DNA from: a bacterium | GTDB taxonomy: Bacteria > UBP13 > UBA5359 | DNA: 35,900 nucleotides | Direction of reading: 5' to 3' | Assembly (NCBI GenBank): GCA_028699365.1 | Contig: JAQVUQ010000001.1 | Location: 2,782 to 38,681, forward strand | Shown here: one piece after another, positions 1 to 10,020 of the stretch | Layout: each line of letters starts with the position of its first letter | How positions within the stretch are numbered: the stretch's first letter is position 1 | Notes under the pieces: model-generated | Database searches by the model: none | Seen by the model: only the letters and a program-made list of their open reading frames with translations | Told to the model about the DNA's origin: nothing | Program-made: the position numbers and the translations under genes

Positions 1-766
1 TAATATAATTCATACAAAATTCATCCCGCCCCGCCAGGGCTTCCGCAGCCAGCAACTCCGCCGTCAGATCCTTATCACCGGGATCCAGTATGGCCGCGTC
101 CAGACCGCTCATTACGGCCATGGCAAGGAAGACCCTGTTCAACAGCCTTCTGTGCGGAAGACCGTAAGAGATATTGCTTAAGCCGCATATCGTATGCGCA
201 CCCGGATAAAGACGCATGATACTCTCGATAACGGTTGCAGCCACCCTGCCGCTATCGCTTCCCGTGCTGACAGGGCGGATCATGGGATCGAAGTAAATAT
301 CCTCAACTTCCACTCCGGACGACGGCAGACCTTCGTAAAGCCGTCCGGCTATGGCGACGCGTTCTCCCGCCGTCTCGGGAATGCCTCTGTCATCCATACA
401 GAGAGCGATAACGGCACAGCCGTAATCCCGTATCAACGGCACCATACTATCGTAGCGAGTCTTCTCTGCGGTTATCGAATTGACCATAGCCTTGCCCTTA
501 TGTGCCTTAAGCGCCTTTTCCAGAGCCAGAGGATTCGGACTGTCGATGCATAAAGGCTTATCCACGGCATCCTGAGCCGCCATGACCAGCCATTCCAGCA
601 TCGCAGGCTCATTGTTCACAAAGGTTCCGGCATTGACGTCGATATAGCTCGCGCCCGCCTCAGCCTGGGCTCGGGCAAGATTGCCTATAAAACGCGCATC
701 GCCGTCCAGCACGGCGGTTTCAACTTCCTTACGGCTGGTATTTATCTTTTCGCCTACAATGATCAT
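1..766 (-). CDS. acsE: Methyltetrahydrofolate:corrinoid methyltransferase-like pterin-binding protein (AcsE/MeTr family); C-terminus cut by window edge
   Basis: Not in the supplied ORF track because it has no stop inside the window. My own reverse translation from the ATG at 766-764 is open for all 255 codons down to position 2. It reads [75 protein letters not shown]. These blocks match the pterin-binding MeTr/AcsE family as I recall it. The start overlaps the pta stop as ATGA. Confidence 0.75.
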   Translation of the reverse strand, partial: MIIVGEKINTSRKEVETAVLDGDARFIGNLARAQAEAGASYIDVNAGTFVNNEPAMLEWLVMAAQDAVDKPLCIDSPNPLALEKALKAHKGKAMVNSITAEKTRYDSMVPLIRDYGCAVIALCMDDRGIPETAGERVAIAGRLYEGLPSSGVEVEDIYFDPMIRPVSTGSDSGRVAATVIESIMRLYPGAHTICGLSNISYGLPHRRLLNRVFLAMAVMSGLDAAILDPGDKDLTAELLAAEALAGRDEFCMNYI

Positions 767-1764
767 TTCTGCTTTGCCTGTAGTACGGTTATGGCCGTCA
801 CGTTCACGACATCCTCTGCATCACAACCGCGGGACAAGTCGTTCACAGGCTTGGCAAGGCCCTGCAGAACAGGCCCGTAAGCCTCGGCCTTAGCCAGTCG
901 CTCTACAATTTTATAGGCGATATTGCCTGCCTGCAGATCCGGGAAGATCAGAACATTGGCTCGTCCCTTCAACGGACTGTCACCGGCTTTCTTGGCGGCC
1001 ACACCGGGAACAAGCGCCGCATCCACCTGCAATTCCCCGTCAAGCTTCAAGTCCGGACGCTTTTCACGTGCGATGCGGGTAGCCTCCACCACCTTATCCA
1101 CCAGTGGATGGCTGGCGCTTCCCTTGGTAGAGAATGAAAGCAGTGCCACTCTGGCTTCTGCGAACCCCAGCAGGTGCACGGCCGTATCGGCCGAAGCAAT
1201 GGCAATTGCCGCCAACCCTTCGGCAGTAGGATCGGGCGTCAGGCCGCAATCCGCAAAAACAAACGTTCCATCCTCGCCGAAGCTGTTGTCCGGCACGACC
1301 ATAGCAAAGAAGCTGGATACCTGACTTACACCGGGCGCCGTCTTGATTATCTGCAGCGCCGGGCGTACGGTATCTGCGGTTGCGTGAACAGCTCCCGCCA
1401 CTTCACCGTCTGCATCACCGTTCTTCACCATCAGCACACCGTAATACATGGGATCCTTGGCAGTCTCCAGCGCCTCTTCGCAGGTCATGCCCTTGCTGCG
1501 TCGCAACTCATAAAACATTCCCGCATAATCCTGCAAACGCTCGGAAAGAGCGGGATCGATGATTTGGACACCATCCAGTGAGACGCCGAGCTTGCCGGCC
1601 TTCTCCCTGATGACGAACTCGTTCCCCAGTAAAGTGATCCGGGCTATGCCTTGCGCCGTTGCCATGGAGGACGCGGTTATCAGCCGTTCGTCTTCACCCT
1701 CCGGATAGACTACCCGTTTATTCAGAGAGATCGCCTGCTCTCTGATCTTTTCAATAACGCTCAT
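763..1764 (-). CDS. pta: Phosphate acetyltransferase (short, catalytic-domain-only Pta)
   Basis: 333-aa ORF with a typical PTA_PTB pattern: [87 protein letters not shown]. Confidence 0.92.
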   Translation of the reverse strand: MSVIEKIREQAISLNKRVVYPEGEDERLITASSMATAQGIARITLLGNEFVIREKAGKLGVSLDGVQIIDPALSERLQDYAGMFYELRRSKGMTCEEALETAKDPMYYGVLMVKNGDADGEVAGAVHATADTVRPALQIIKTAPGVSQVSSFFAMVVPDNSFGEDGTFVFADCGLTPDPTAEGLAAIAIASADTAVHLLGFAEARVALLSFSTKGSASHPLVDKVVEATRIAREKRPDLKLDGELQVDAALVPGVAAKKAGDSPLKGRANVLIFPDLQAGNIAYKIVERLAKAEAYGPVLQGLAKPVNDLSRGCDAEDVVNVTAITVLQAKQK

Positions 1765-1787
1765 TCTTCCCTCCCGATATCTTACGC

Positions 1788-2876
1788 TTAATTCAGTAAA
1801 TCCAGAAGCGCATCGACGTTTACATAGCTCTCGATTATCTCGGCAGCCAGCCCTATCTTTACTCTGTCCGTGCCGCGTATCTTGACTGTCAGATCGTGAA
1901 TCATGGAAGCCGCTCTATAAGTATCCATCGTCGTAGTCATAATCGGCAGATTCACCTTTTTCAGAAAATCAAGTATAGAAGCATGGGGCATTATACCGCC
2001 TGTAAGCAGTATGCCGGAAATCATAGTCTCATCCGACAAGCTCTGCTTCATCATGGCAGCCAGAATCATATCCTCGCGATCGCCCGGCGTTATCAGCAGG
2101 GAACCCGGCTCGATAACCGACAGCGCCTGATGCGGAGTCATGGCACCGATAAAGAAATTTTTGACCATCCGGTTAAGCACATCGCTGCCGCTGAGGACTT
2201 CACACTCCAGACCCTCCACTATCTGATCTATGGTCGGGTTGGAAAGCACATCGTTATAAGGCAGAGAACCGAGCAGACTCATATTCTTTCGCGCCAGTCC
2301 CAATCTTAGATAGTGACTTATCTTCTCATATTTCGCCGGCAGAATCTTGTTGATGACCGTGCCGATAACGTCCACGCCTTCAAGTTTGAAGAGTGCCGAG
2401 CTGAGGCTTACTTCATCGATGGGCCTGCCGACGCCGCCCTGTGAGACGATTACCACTTTTGAATCGAGCATTCTGGCAACGGTAGCATTGGAGAGATCGA
2501 AGACAGAGCCCACGCCCGCATGGCCGGTTCCCTCGATAACAACAAAATCCTTACCGGCGGCAACCCTGGCATAGGAGGCCATAATCCTCTCCTGCAAAGG
2601 CCGAAAATCTCCGGACTCTATATATTCCTCTGTGAACCCTCTTGCCACTGCTATAGGGCTCATGTCCGCCAGAGCATCGTCGAGGCCGAAAACCTCTTTA
2701 GCCAGAATGGAATCCTCATCCACTTTGTGACCGTCGATCTCCAGGTACCGCTGCCCTACCGGTTTAATAAAACCGACGCGCAGATTCCTCTTGCGAAGGG
2801 CAGACATCAGGCCCAGTGAGAGCATTGTCTTGCCGTCGTTGCGCATGGTAGCGGCTACAAATATCTTTTTAGCCAT
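1788..2876 (-). CDS. BioD-like P-loop plus DRTGG domain protein, equivalent to the N-terminal regulatory half of long Pta enzymes
   Basis: 362-aa ORF. The N-terminus [26 protein letters not shown] is CobQ/BioD-like. The C-terminal half [38 protein letters not shown] matches the DRTGG domain pattern. It lies directly upstream of pta on the same strand. Confidence 0.8.
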   Translation of the reverse strand: MAKKIFVAATMRNDGKTMLSLGLMSALRKRNLRVGFIKPVGQRYLEIDGHKVDEDSILAKEVFGLDDALADMSPIAVARGFTEEYIESGDFRPLQERIMASYARVAAGKDFVVIEGTGHAGVGSVFDLSNATVARMLDSKVVIVSQGGVGRPIDEVSLSSALFKLEGVDVIGTVINKILPAKYEKISHYLRLGLARKNMSLLGSLPYNDVLSNPTIDQIVEGLECEVLSGSDVLNRMVKNFFIGAMTPHQALSVIEPGSLLITPGDREDMILAAMMKQSLSDETMISGILLTGGIMPHASILDFLKKVNLPIMTTTMDTYRAASMIHDLTVKIRGTDRVKIGLAAEIIESYVNVDALLDLLN

Positions 2877-2891
2877 AATATCACCAATTGT

Positions 2892-3488
2892 TCACGGAAC
2901 AAGGCCGTCAAGAGCCGTGCGATACACCTTGAATTCCTTACTTCCCGCCGTTTTTATTATCTCGAAAAGCGCACTTTCCACGGTTGTGAGAACGGCACCG
3001 GAGACAAACGCCCGCTCCAGTGCGACTTCCATATCCGCCTCACGCTGCGATGAGACGGCATCCGTCATAATGTACGGAGTAAACCCCTTATCGATCAGAT
3101 CCAGCGCCGTCTGCAGCACACAGACATGCGACTCTACGCCGGCAATCAGGACATCCGTTCTGCCCAGGTCTTCCAGCTCCCTGGTGAAGTTCTCTTCGCC
3201 ACAGCAACTGAAACTCAGCTTTTCAACACGAACGCATCGATCAAGATAAGGCTGCAGACAAGCAACCGTTTCACCCAGCCCTTTGGGATACTGCTCCGTG
3301 ACAATCACCGGCAACTCCAGAGCCTGAAATACGGCTATGGCTTTCTCTGCCCGGCCGATTGTCTCTGCACCATTTTTGACAACCGGCATCAACTTCTCCT
3401 GCATATCGATTACCAGCAGCAGCACTCTGTCCTTATCTATACGCTTAACCATCCGGATTAGTCCCCTCGCCCGGCGAGCATCGCTCAC
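2892..3488 (-). CDS. Isochorismatase-family cysteine hydrolase (YcaC-like)
   Basis: The ORF contains LLLVIDMQEKL..PVIVTEQYPKGLGETV..EKLSFS..VLIAGVESHVCVLQTALDL..MTDAVSS, which gives the D/K/C triad context of the isochorismatase family. The longest ORF starts at GTG 3488. ATG 3452 (MVKRIDKD) has a GAGGGGA SD-like box 9 nt upstream and is the likelier start. Confidence 0.85.
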   Translation of the reverse strand: MSDARRARGLIRMVKRIDKDRVLLLVIDMQEKLMPVVKNGAETIGRAEKAIAVFQALELPVIVTEQYPKGLGETVACLQPYLDRCVRVEKLSFSCCGEENFTRELEDLGRTDVLIAGVESHVCVLQTALDLIDKGFTPYIMTDAVSSQREADMEVALERAFVSGAVLTTVESALFEIIKTAGSKEFKVYRTALDGLVP

Positions 3489-3546
3489 AAAACATATATC
3501 GCTATTTTATACTCTGCCGGCGCTGCGGTCAATCCGGAAATGATCA

Positions 3547-4962
3547 TCATTCTTCGTATCTGTCCACCTTGAAGCGCCACAACTGAACTTCTTCATCACT
3601 TCGGATGCCCGCTTTTCGTCTGGCTATATCCACTTGCTCTTCAGCAGTGTCGATGCCCTCAAGAGCGGGAAGGAGCAGGCCTGTTCTGGCACCGGATTTG
3701 ACGACAACGCCGTAGATAAACGGATCCAGTTCTTCCAATCCTGATACCGGCTCCGGCTCGTGCAGAAGATCCACCGCATATGAGAGCAACCCCAGTTCAT
3801 CCCGGCTTACAAGCGGAAACCGGGGATCGGAAGAAGCTGCGCTGATTGCGTTGCGGCACACCTCATCCGCAATGCTGTTTTCCGTCGGATAAACGGTGCC
3901 TATGCATCCACGCAATTCGCCTTCACGCTTTATGCAAACAAACGCCCCTGACCTGCCTTGCCGCCAATGCGGCGCCAGGCAATCGGGATCGGCAGGCTTT
4001 TCTCCGGTAACCACATAGCTCTCTACCGAGCGCCTGGCCAGGGTCAGGAGTTCTCTTCCCTTAAGAACCGCAACATCTCCGGAGAAGCGCTCTGCGCTGT
4101 AAACGGCCGCAGCCAGATTCCTTTCCGGCTTTAACCCCTTGATGTGGTAATAGAGATTCAGATACCCCACACCGTAAGGACCTTCATACGAGAGCTTGAC
4201 GGCTTCTACATCCAGTCCGTTAACCGCTCCCAGTAAAGCCATAGCGGAACGATAACCGCACTCTCCGGCCTCGTTGCGCAGATCCGGATCAATGGATACC
4301 AGCGCGACGGGATCCGCCTTGGAAAGAGCGTCTGTTACGGCTTCATCGAATTCATGTGCCCTGGGGCTGTAACCTGCCGGTGCCGACGGCGTCAATCTGT
4401 GTGATAAATCGCCGCTGGCGATAAAGGCCAGTTTCCTGTCCAGGACTATAGCTGCTTTCTGAACCGCCTCCCCCATAACATAGTGATCTTCAAGCGAAGC
4501 ATCCAGGCCGATGGAGAGAGCTACCGTGGGCAGGCACACTCCGGCCTCATGCAGATAGTGCAGAAAAACGATGATCCCGTGATCCAGCGTCGGCCGAACC
4601 GCCGCACCGATTGCTTCCGGAGCAACACCGTTTACGGCCACATGCGCCAGGTTGGCCTGATTCAGTATCTCGCCGGCCAGCGCTCTGTCTCCCTTCACCT
4701 TATATACAGCTTGCGGAGCCCCGAATGAGGACAGGTCTCCCTGCAGATCGGGCAGATCCAGGACGGTGATGCTGCTGTCAACATAGGAGCTATGGGGAGT
4801 CATGATGACGATTGCTTCCGCGCCGGACTCGCGTAATCGCCCGGCCATCTCCCGCATTCCTTCAACGGTTGCCGAAACTTCATCTATATGGTTACCACCC
4901 ACGACCGGGATCAACAGCGGGGGATGCGGCACGATCCCCGCAAAAACAATGTTTGCCGGCAT
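3547..4962 (-). CDS. Fusion protein: class III extradiol dioxygenase subunit B-like (LigB/Memo-like) N-domain plus AMMECR1 C-domain
   Basis: 471-aa ORF. The N-terminus FAGIVPHPPLLIPVVGG is the LigB-type start. The C-terminal third has GAFVCIKREGELRGCIGTVYP..DPRFPLV, the AMMECR1 core with its RGCIG motif. AAAGGAGG lies 7 nt upstream of the ATG. Confidence 0.8.
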   Translation of the reverse strand: MPANIVFAGIVPHPPLLIPVVGGNHIDEVSATVEGMREMAGRLRESGAEAIVIMTPHSSYVDSSITVLDLPDLQGDLSSFGAPQAVYKVKGDRALAGEILNQANLAHVAVNGVAPEAIGAAVRPTLDHGIIVFLHYLHEAGVCLPTVALSIGLDASLEDHYVMGEAVQKAAIVLDRKLAFIASGDLSHRLTPSAPAGYSPRAHEFDEAVTDALSKADPVALVSIDPDLRNEAGECGYRSAMALLGAVNGLDVEAVKLSYEGPYGVGYLNLYYHIKGLKPERNLAAAVYSAERFSGDVAVLKGRELLTLARRSVESYVVTGEKPADPDCLAPHWRQGRSGAFVCIKREGELRGCIGTVYPTENSIADEVCRNAISAASSDPRFPLVSRDELGLLSYAVDLLHEPEPVSGLEELDPFIYGVVVKSGARTGLLLPALEGIDTAEEQVDIARRKAGIRSDEEVQLWRFKVDRYEE

Positions 4963-5011
4963 TACATTACCTCCTTTGCGCTCTTCGAGCGCGGTTCAAA
5001 GCTCAGAGGCC

Positions 5012-5830
5012 TCAACCTGCCAGATTAGTGCCGTAAATGCAATTCACGGGACATTCCGGTATACATAACCCGCAATTCGTGCATAAACCGGGGTCTATCT
5101 CCGCCGGCCCGTTCTCAAATGAAACGGCTCCCACAGGACAGACCTTGGCGCACTTGCGGCATTTTATACAGCCGGTACGACAGACCTGCCGCACCGCTTT
5201 GGCCGCTTCTCCCGAGTTGCAGAGAACCTGCACGCCGGCCTTTTCCGGCACCATGGACATAACCTGCCGTGGACAGATGTCGATACACATGCCGCATCCG
5301 GTACACTTATCCCTGTCGATAACCGGCAGACCGGAAGAGGACATCGTTATAGCACCAAACTGACAGGCATTGACGCACGTTCCCAGCCCCAGGCATCCAT
5401 GCCTGCATTGCCTGGGCCCGCCGTAAAGCCGCGATGCAGCCCGGCAATCCTCCAGGCCGGAGTATTGAAACAGTCTTGCAGACTTATTATCATCGCCACA
5501 GCATTTCACGGTGGGCACCTGCTTATCGGTAATCGTATCAGCCGTTCCGCCCTGCCCGATAATATCTGCTATCCGTTGCCTCGTCTCTCTTTTCGAAACC
5601 GGGCACCCGGTCAGAACGGCGCTGCCGTTGACCAGTGCTTCGGCATATCCGGAGCATCCGGGGTAACCGCAAGCGCCGCAGTTGGCGCCTGGTAATTCCG
5701 ACAGCACGGCATCTATGCGCGGATCCCTGACAACGGCGAAGACCCTGGCAGCATAAGACAGGCCGGCACCCAGAATAAAGCCCAGAACGGCAAGAACGGC
5801 CACCGACAGAAAAACTATATTTAAACTCAT
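5012..5830 (-). CDS. rnfB: Rnf complex subunit B (Fe-S, polyferredoxin type)
   Basis: 272 aa with an N-terminal TM helix, then PGANCGACGYPGCSGYAEAL and several CxxCxxCxxxCP ferredoxin motifs. It is the last gene of the rnfCDGEAB order. Confidence 0.92.
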   Translation of the reverse strand: MSLNIVFLSVAVLAVLGFILGAGLSYAARVFAVVRDPRIDAVLSELPGANCGACGYPGCSGYAEALVNGSAVLTGCPVSKRETRQRIADIIGQGGTADTITDKQVPTVKCCGDDNKSARLFQYSGLEDCRAASRLYGGPRQCRHGCLGLGTCVNACQFGAITMSSSGLPVIDRDKCTGCGMCIDICPRQVMSMVPEKAGVQVLCNSGEAAKAVRQVCRTGCIKCRKCAKVCPVGAVSFENGPAEIDPGLCTNCGLCIPECPVNCIYGTNLAG

Positions 5831-5883
5831 CAGTTCAGCCTCCCTGCGCCATTATAACTGCATTGGCTCACGACGTCCACCGA

Positions 5884-6468
5884 TCACTTTACCATTCCGG
5901 AAAATCCGAAAAAAGCTATGGAGAGAAGACCGGCTGTTATCAGCGTTATGGGCACGCCACGCAAAGCCGGCGGAATATCGCTCAATTCGATCCGCTCTCT
6001 GATACCGGCCATTAAAGTTATGGCCAGGGTAAAACCCACTGCCGCCGCAGTGCCGTTTACCAGGCTGGGAAGGAAACCGTAAGCAGCTCTGACGTTGATT
6101 ACCGCCACGCCCAGCACGGCACAATTGGTCGTTATCAGCGGCAGATAAATCCCCAATGCCTGGTATAGCGTGGGACTGCTCTTTCGGATCACCAACTCGA
6201 CAAACTGAACCAGTGCGGCTATGACCAGAATAAAGGCTATGGTTTGGAGAAAAGCCAGATTCAGCGGCACCAGCACATAGCGTTGCACCATCCAGGTGAA
6301 GGCGGAAGCGATGGCCATAACGAAGGTGACAGCCATCCCCATGCCCAGCGCTGTTTCTATCTGCTTGGATACCCCAAGATAAGGGCAGACACCCAGAAAA
6401 CGCTGCAGCACGTAGTTGTTTATCAGGATGGCGCTGATGACAATAGTCATTATCTCTCTGATACTCAT
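5884..6468 (-). CDS. rnfA: Rnf complex subunit A
   Basis: 194-aa polytopic protein. ILINNYVLQRFLGVCPYLGVSKQIETALGMGMAVTFV is the RnfA/NqrE signature. Confidence 0.92.
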   Translation of the reverse strand: MSIREIMTIVISAILINNYVLQRFLGVCPYLGVSKQIETALGMGMAVTFVMAIASAFTWMVQRYVLVPLNLAFLQTIAFILVIAALVQFVELVIRKSSPTLYQALGIYLPLITTNCAVLGVAVINVRAAYGFLPSLVNGTAAAVGFTLAITLMAGIRERIELSDIPPALRGVPITLITAGLLSIAFFGFSGMVK

Positions 6469-6480
6469 GGTATGATCACC

Positions 6481-7104
6481 TCAATTGCGCCTGGTAAGAA
6501 CGTTTATGAGACCTATCATGAGCCCCAGCACTATAAACGCTCCAGGCGCCAGAATAGTTATCAGAGCAGGATCGTATGCTCCACCGATAACCCTCAACGA
6601 AAACTGGGGTATACCGAACATTTGATATGTATTTGAAAGATTGCCGGTACCTATTATCTCTCGTACGGCACCGAGCAGAGTAAGCGCCCAGGTAAAGCCC
6701 AATCCCATGCCGAGACCGTCGGCTGCTGATCTAATAATACCGTATTTGCTGGCAAAGGCCTCCGCCCGGGCCAGAATAATACAGTTGACGACTATCAGCG
6801 GCACGAAAATACCTAGAACGCCGTACAGTTCCGGAGTGAAGCCCTGCATCATCAACTGGACGACGGTCACAAAGCTGGCAATTACAACGATATAGGCCGG
6901 TATTCTTATATTCTCAGGGATGACTTTTCTGAACAGGGAGATGATGAGGTTGGAACACACAAGCACAAAGGTGGTGGCAAGGCCCATGCCCAGGCCGTTT
7001 ACGGCAGCAGTGGTAACCGCCAGTGTAGGACACATCCCCAGAACAAGCCTGAAAGTGGGATTCTCCCGTAGCAATCCATTACTGAAATCTCTCGCAGGGT
7101 TCAT
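6481..7104 (-). CDS. rnfE: Rnf complex subunit E
   Basis: 207 aa. NGLLRENPTFRLVLGMCPTLAVTTAAVNGLGMGLATTFVLVCSN is the RnfE/NqrD signature. Confidence 0.92.
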   Translation of the reverse strand: MNPARDFSNGLLRENPTFRLVLGMCPTLAVTTAAVNGLGMGLATTFVLVCSNLIISLFRKVIPENIRIPAYIVVIASFVTVVQLMMQGFTPELYGVLGIFVPLIVVNCIILARAEAFASKYGIIRSAADGLGMGLGFTWALTLLGAVREIIGTGNLSNTYQMFGIPQFSLRVIGGAYDPALITILAPGAFIVLGLMIGLINVLTRRN

Positions 7105-7106
7105 CT

Positions 7107-7637
7107 CTATCTCTCCATATCGCTGAGATACTGCTCCACCGCGTTCTTCACTCCTGTAGTTACGGCCCTGGAGGTAATTGTAGCTGCGGTTATGGCATCG
7201 ATCTCCCCGCCGTCCGTCTTCAGCCTTAAATCACCGGAGCGTTTACCGATATACTGCTTGAGAAACTGTGGTTCTGTCGCCTTGTTACCCAGGCCGGGGG
7301 TTTCATTCTGAGATAGTATGCTTACGCCGGTTACGACTCCTGCCTGATCCATGCCGACCACTAGAACTATATCCCCTCCATAACCCTCGGCTGTCACCGT
7401 TGATACCACGCCGATTCTCTGCCTGTTCCGCAAGCCGGCCTGGTAGGTATGCGCACCGATGGTAACTTCCTCAAATTTATCGGCACCGGGCAAAACATCG
7501 CCGTATAATCTCTGCCGGGCTTCTCTCTCCTGTGCTATTATCCTGGGCGTTGTTATATTATAAGTGAGTCCAAGCGCCAGCCCGGCTATGGCACATATCG
7601 CCAGCAATGCCAGCCCGAGTTTGATTGCCTCTTTCAT
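7107..7637 (-). CDS. rnfG: Rnf complex subunit G (FMN-binding)
   Basis: The 280-aa ORF in the track is an over-extension into rnfD. The real start is ATG 7637 (MKEAIKLGLALLAICA..), preceded by GGAGGGCGAG and overlapping the rnfD stop as ATGA. It has an FMN-binding domain with the flavinylation-type motif DAITAATITSRAV. Confidence 0.88.
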   Translation of the reverse strand: MKEAIKLGLALLAICAIAGLALGLTYNITTPRIIAQEREARQRLYGDVLPGADKFEEVTIGAHTYQAGLRNRQRIGVVSTVTAEGYGGDIVLVVGMDQAGVVTGVSILSQNETPGLGNKATEPQFLKQYIGKRSGDLRLKTDGGEIDAITAATITSRAVTTGVKNAVEQYLSDMER

Positions 7638-8650
7638 CTCGCCCTCCTGCCGTATATGCGAGGCCGCGTGTATCTGTCGATAAGGGGCGTAGCCGCATTC
7701 ATCAGCAGAATAGAGTACATGACTCCCTCCGGCAGGGAACCGAAAGTCCTTATCAGGATAGTCAGCAGACCGGCTCCCAGGCCGAAATATATCCTGCCGC
7801 GTGGAGTGACCGGCGTTGTCACCGGACAGGTAGCCATATATACGGCACCAAGAATAAGCCCTCCGGCCAGAAGATGGAATACCGGATCCTGCCGCAGAAC
7901 GACGGCCATCACCATCACCGTCAGCATATAGGTTACCGGCATATGCCATGTTATCACACGCCTGTACATTAAATAGCCTCCGCCAAGCAGCAGCGCCAGA
8001 GCCGACGTTTCCCCAAGGCAGCCGCCGATACTGCCGTAGAACAGGCGCCCGTAAAGAGAGAGATCGCTCCCGACATGCAGCAGATCCTTGACCGCCTGAA
8101 GATTACCCCCCATCTTGAGGGCGGCAAGAGGCGTAGCCGTCGTGACCGCATCGAACGGAGACACCCATCTGGTCATAAGCACAGGCCATGCGGAAAGCAA
8201 AACGGCTCTGGAGACCAGAGCAGGATTGAACGGATTATAGCCTAAGCCGCCGTATACCATCTTTCCCAGACCTATGGCGATCAAAGCACCGACAAAGGGC
8301 AGCCAGAACGGCACTGTCGGAGGAAGATTATAGGCCAGCAGAACAGCGGTGACCAGTGCACTGCCGTCCGTTATCGTTATCCGCCGGCCGATGATTTTTT
8401 GGATCAGCGCTTCGGCTCCCAATGCACCTGCGATAGTGATAAGAATTATCGCCAGACTTCGCAGACCAAAGAAGTATACGGACGCCACCCCGGCCGGGAT
8501 AAGAGCGATGGCAACATCGTACATCATTCTCCGTATATTATCGCGACCTCGAATATGAGGCGCCGAAGAGACTATAAGCCCTCCGGCGCTTGCAACTGAC
8601 TGTGCATCCTTGCCCGAAGTTCCGGGAGCAAATTCACCTGCTGAGGCCAT
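7634..8650 (-). CDS. rnfD: Rnf complex subunit D
   Basis: 338-aa polytopic protein. SSAPHIR..MYDVAIALIPA and DAVTTATPLAALK (flavinylation site context) are typical of RnfD/NqrB. Confidence 0.92.
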   Translation of the reverse strand: MASAGEFAPGTSGKDAQSVASAGGLIVSSAPHIRGRDNIRRMMYDVAIALIPAGVASVYFFGLRSLAIILITIAGALGAEALIQKIIGRRITITDGSALVTAVLLAYNLPPTVPFWLPFVGALIAIGLGKMVYGGLGYNPFNPALVSRAVLLSAWPVLMTRWVSPFDAVTTATPLAALKMGGNLQAVKDLLHVGSDLSLYGRLFYGSIGGCLGETSALALLLGGGYLMYRRVITWHMPVTYMLTVMVMAVVLRQDPVFHLLAGGLILGAVYMATCPVTTPVTPRGRIYFGLGAGLLTILIRTFGSLPEGVMYSILLMNAATPLIDRYTRPRIYGRRAR

Positions 8651-8653
8651 TCT

Positions 8654-9988
8654 TCACCTTCCACGCTGCTTTTGTCTTCTGTCGTTTATCTCAGCTTTGG
8701 CATGCTTTATCGATTCCATAAGCGGCAGCCTTCCGGGACACACGTAAGAGCAGCAGCCGCATTCAATACAATCAAACAGACCGTACTCGTTCTCCGCCTG
8801 ATCATAATTCAGAGATCGTGAATAGTGATAGAGAGATACCGGCATCAGATAAACAGGACAGACGTCGACACAGCGAGCACATCTTATGCATACCACCGGT
8901 TCCTCGCGTCTTAAGTCCTCGCCACGCATGACTACAATGCCGCCGGTATTTTTGGTAACCGTTACCTGCGGTGTATAGACGGACATGCCCGTCATAGGGC
9001 CTCCCGCAATGATCTTGGCGGGTTCTCCGGTATAACCGCCGCATTCCTCTATAAGATTCTCCAGGCTGGTGCCGATACGGGCAATCAGATTTCCGGGAAC
9101 GGCCACGCCGGGTCCGGTGACGGTAACGCCCCTGGCTATCAGAGGCATCCCGGTAGTCACCAGTTCAAAGACCTTGGAGACGGTAGCGACATTGTTGACT
9201 ATGACGCCGGCTTCAGACGGCAATCCACCGGAGGGCACTTCCCTTCCCAGCAGGGCCTTTATCATCTGTTTCTCTCCGCCCTGCGGATATTTGGTATCCA
9301 GAACAACCACGTCTATGCCGTCGTCTGCACCGGCGGAACTGCGTATTGCCGCTATGGCATCCGGCTTGTTCTCCTCGATCCCGATAACGACCCGGGCGTT
9401 ACCAAATATATAAGCGAGTATACGGATCCCGCCGATCACATGGTCAGGATGCTCCACCATCAGGCGATGATCCGTGGTCAGATAATCCTCACACTCCGCC
9501 CCGTTTATGATAATGGTATCGATCTTTCTATCAGGCGGAGGCGACAGCTTTACGTGTGTCGGGAAAGCGGCCCCGCCCATACCGACGATACCGCCTTCTC
9601 TGATGATACTTATAAGAGCGGCAGGATCCAGGTTTTCCCAGGCAGGGTGCGGCGTTATATCCTGATGAAGTTCGTCTTCTCCATCGTTCTCAATGATAAC
9701 GCTCAATACTTCCCGTCGTGCAATATGGGGGCGTGGCTCAATCGCCAGAACCTTACCGGATACGGAAGAGTGAACCGGTGCGGTTATCAGGGCCTCGGCA
9801 TCGCCTATCTTTTGTCCCATAAACACCCGGTCGCCCACGCTTACCAGAGGAGCGCAAGGCACACCGATATGCTGTATCAGCGGTAATACAGCCACAGCAG
9901 GCGGCTTGGCCGTCCCCATCGGCTTGCCCGCCGTCGCATCCTTATGATACTTGAGATGAATACCCTGAGGAAACGTCTTATTAATCAA
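8654..9988 (-). CDS. rnfC: Rnf complex subunit C
   Basis: 444 aa with GMGGAAFPTHVK, NGAECEDYLTTDHRLM, and two 4Fe-4S motifs (CIRCARCVDVCP and CIECGCCSYVCP). The start is TTG at 9988, with AGGGAG about 9 nt upstream. Confidence 0.92.
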   Translation of the reverse strand: MINKTFPQGIHLKYHKDATAGKPMGTAKPPAVAVLPLIQHIGVPCAPLVSVGDRVFMGQKIGDAEALITAPVHSSVSGKVLAIEPRPHIARREVLSVIIENDGEDELHQDITPHPAWENLDPAALISIIREGGIVGMGGAAFPTHVKLSPPPDRKIDTIIINGAECEDYLTTDHRLMVEHPDHVIGGIRILAYIFGNARVVIGIEENKPDAIAAIRSSAGADDGIDVVVLDTKYPQGGEKQMIKALLGREVPSGGLPSEAGVIVNNVATVSKVFELVTTGMPLIARGVTVTGPGVAVPGNLIARIGTSLENLIEECGGYTGEPAKIIAGGPMTGMSVYTPQVTVTKNTGGIVVMRGEDLRREEPVVCIRCARCVDVCPVYLMPVSLYHYSRSLNYDQAENEYGLFDCIECGCCSYVCPGRLPLMESIKHAKAEINDRRQKQRGR

Positions 9989-10020
9989 ACCGGGTTTCTC
10001 CCTAAAGCAACTTATAGGTT

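Noticed and set aside
194-553. Plus-strand 119-aa ORF at the window start
   Set aside because: It is antisense to the AcsE-like gene, which is open across the whole region and has clear family motifs.
4963-5011. GCGCTC-TTC-GAGCGC hairpin between rnfB and the LigB::AMMECR1 gene, as a possible terminator
   Set aside because: The stem is only 6 bp and no U-run follows on the minus strand. It lies immediately next to the SD of the downstream gene, so it is probably not a terminator.
7638-7949. N-terminal 104-codon extension of the rnfG ORF in the track (7107..7949)
   Set aside because: It overlaps the rnfD 3' end in another frame and has an R/G/S-rich, non-protein-like composition. A canonical start, ATG 7637, has an SD and an ATGA overlap and gives a normal-length RnfG.
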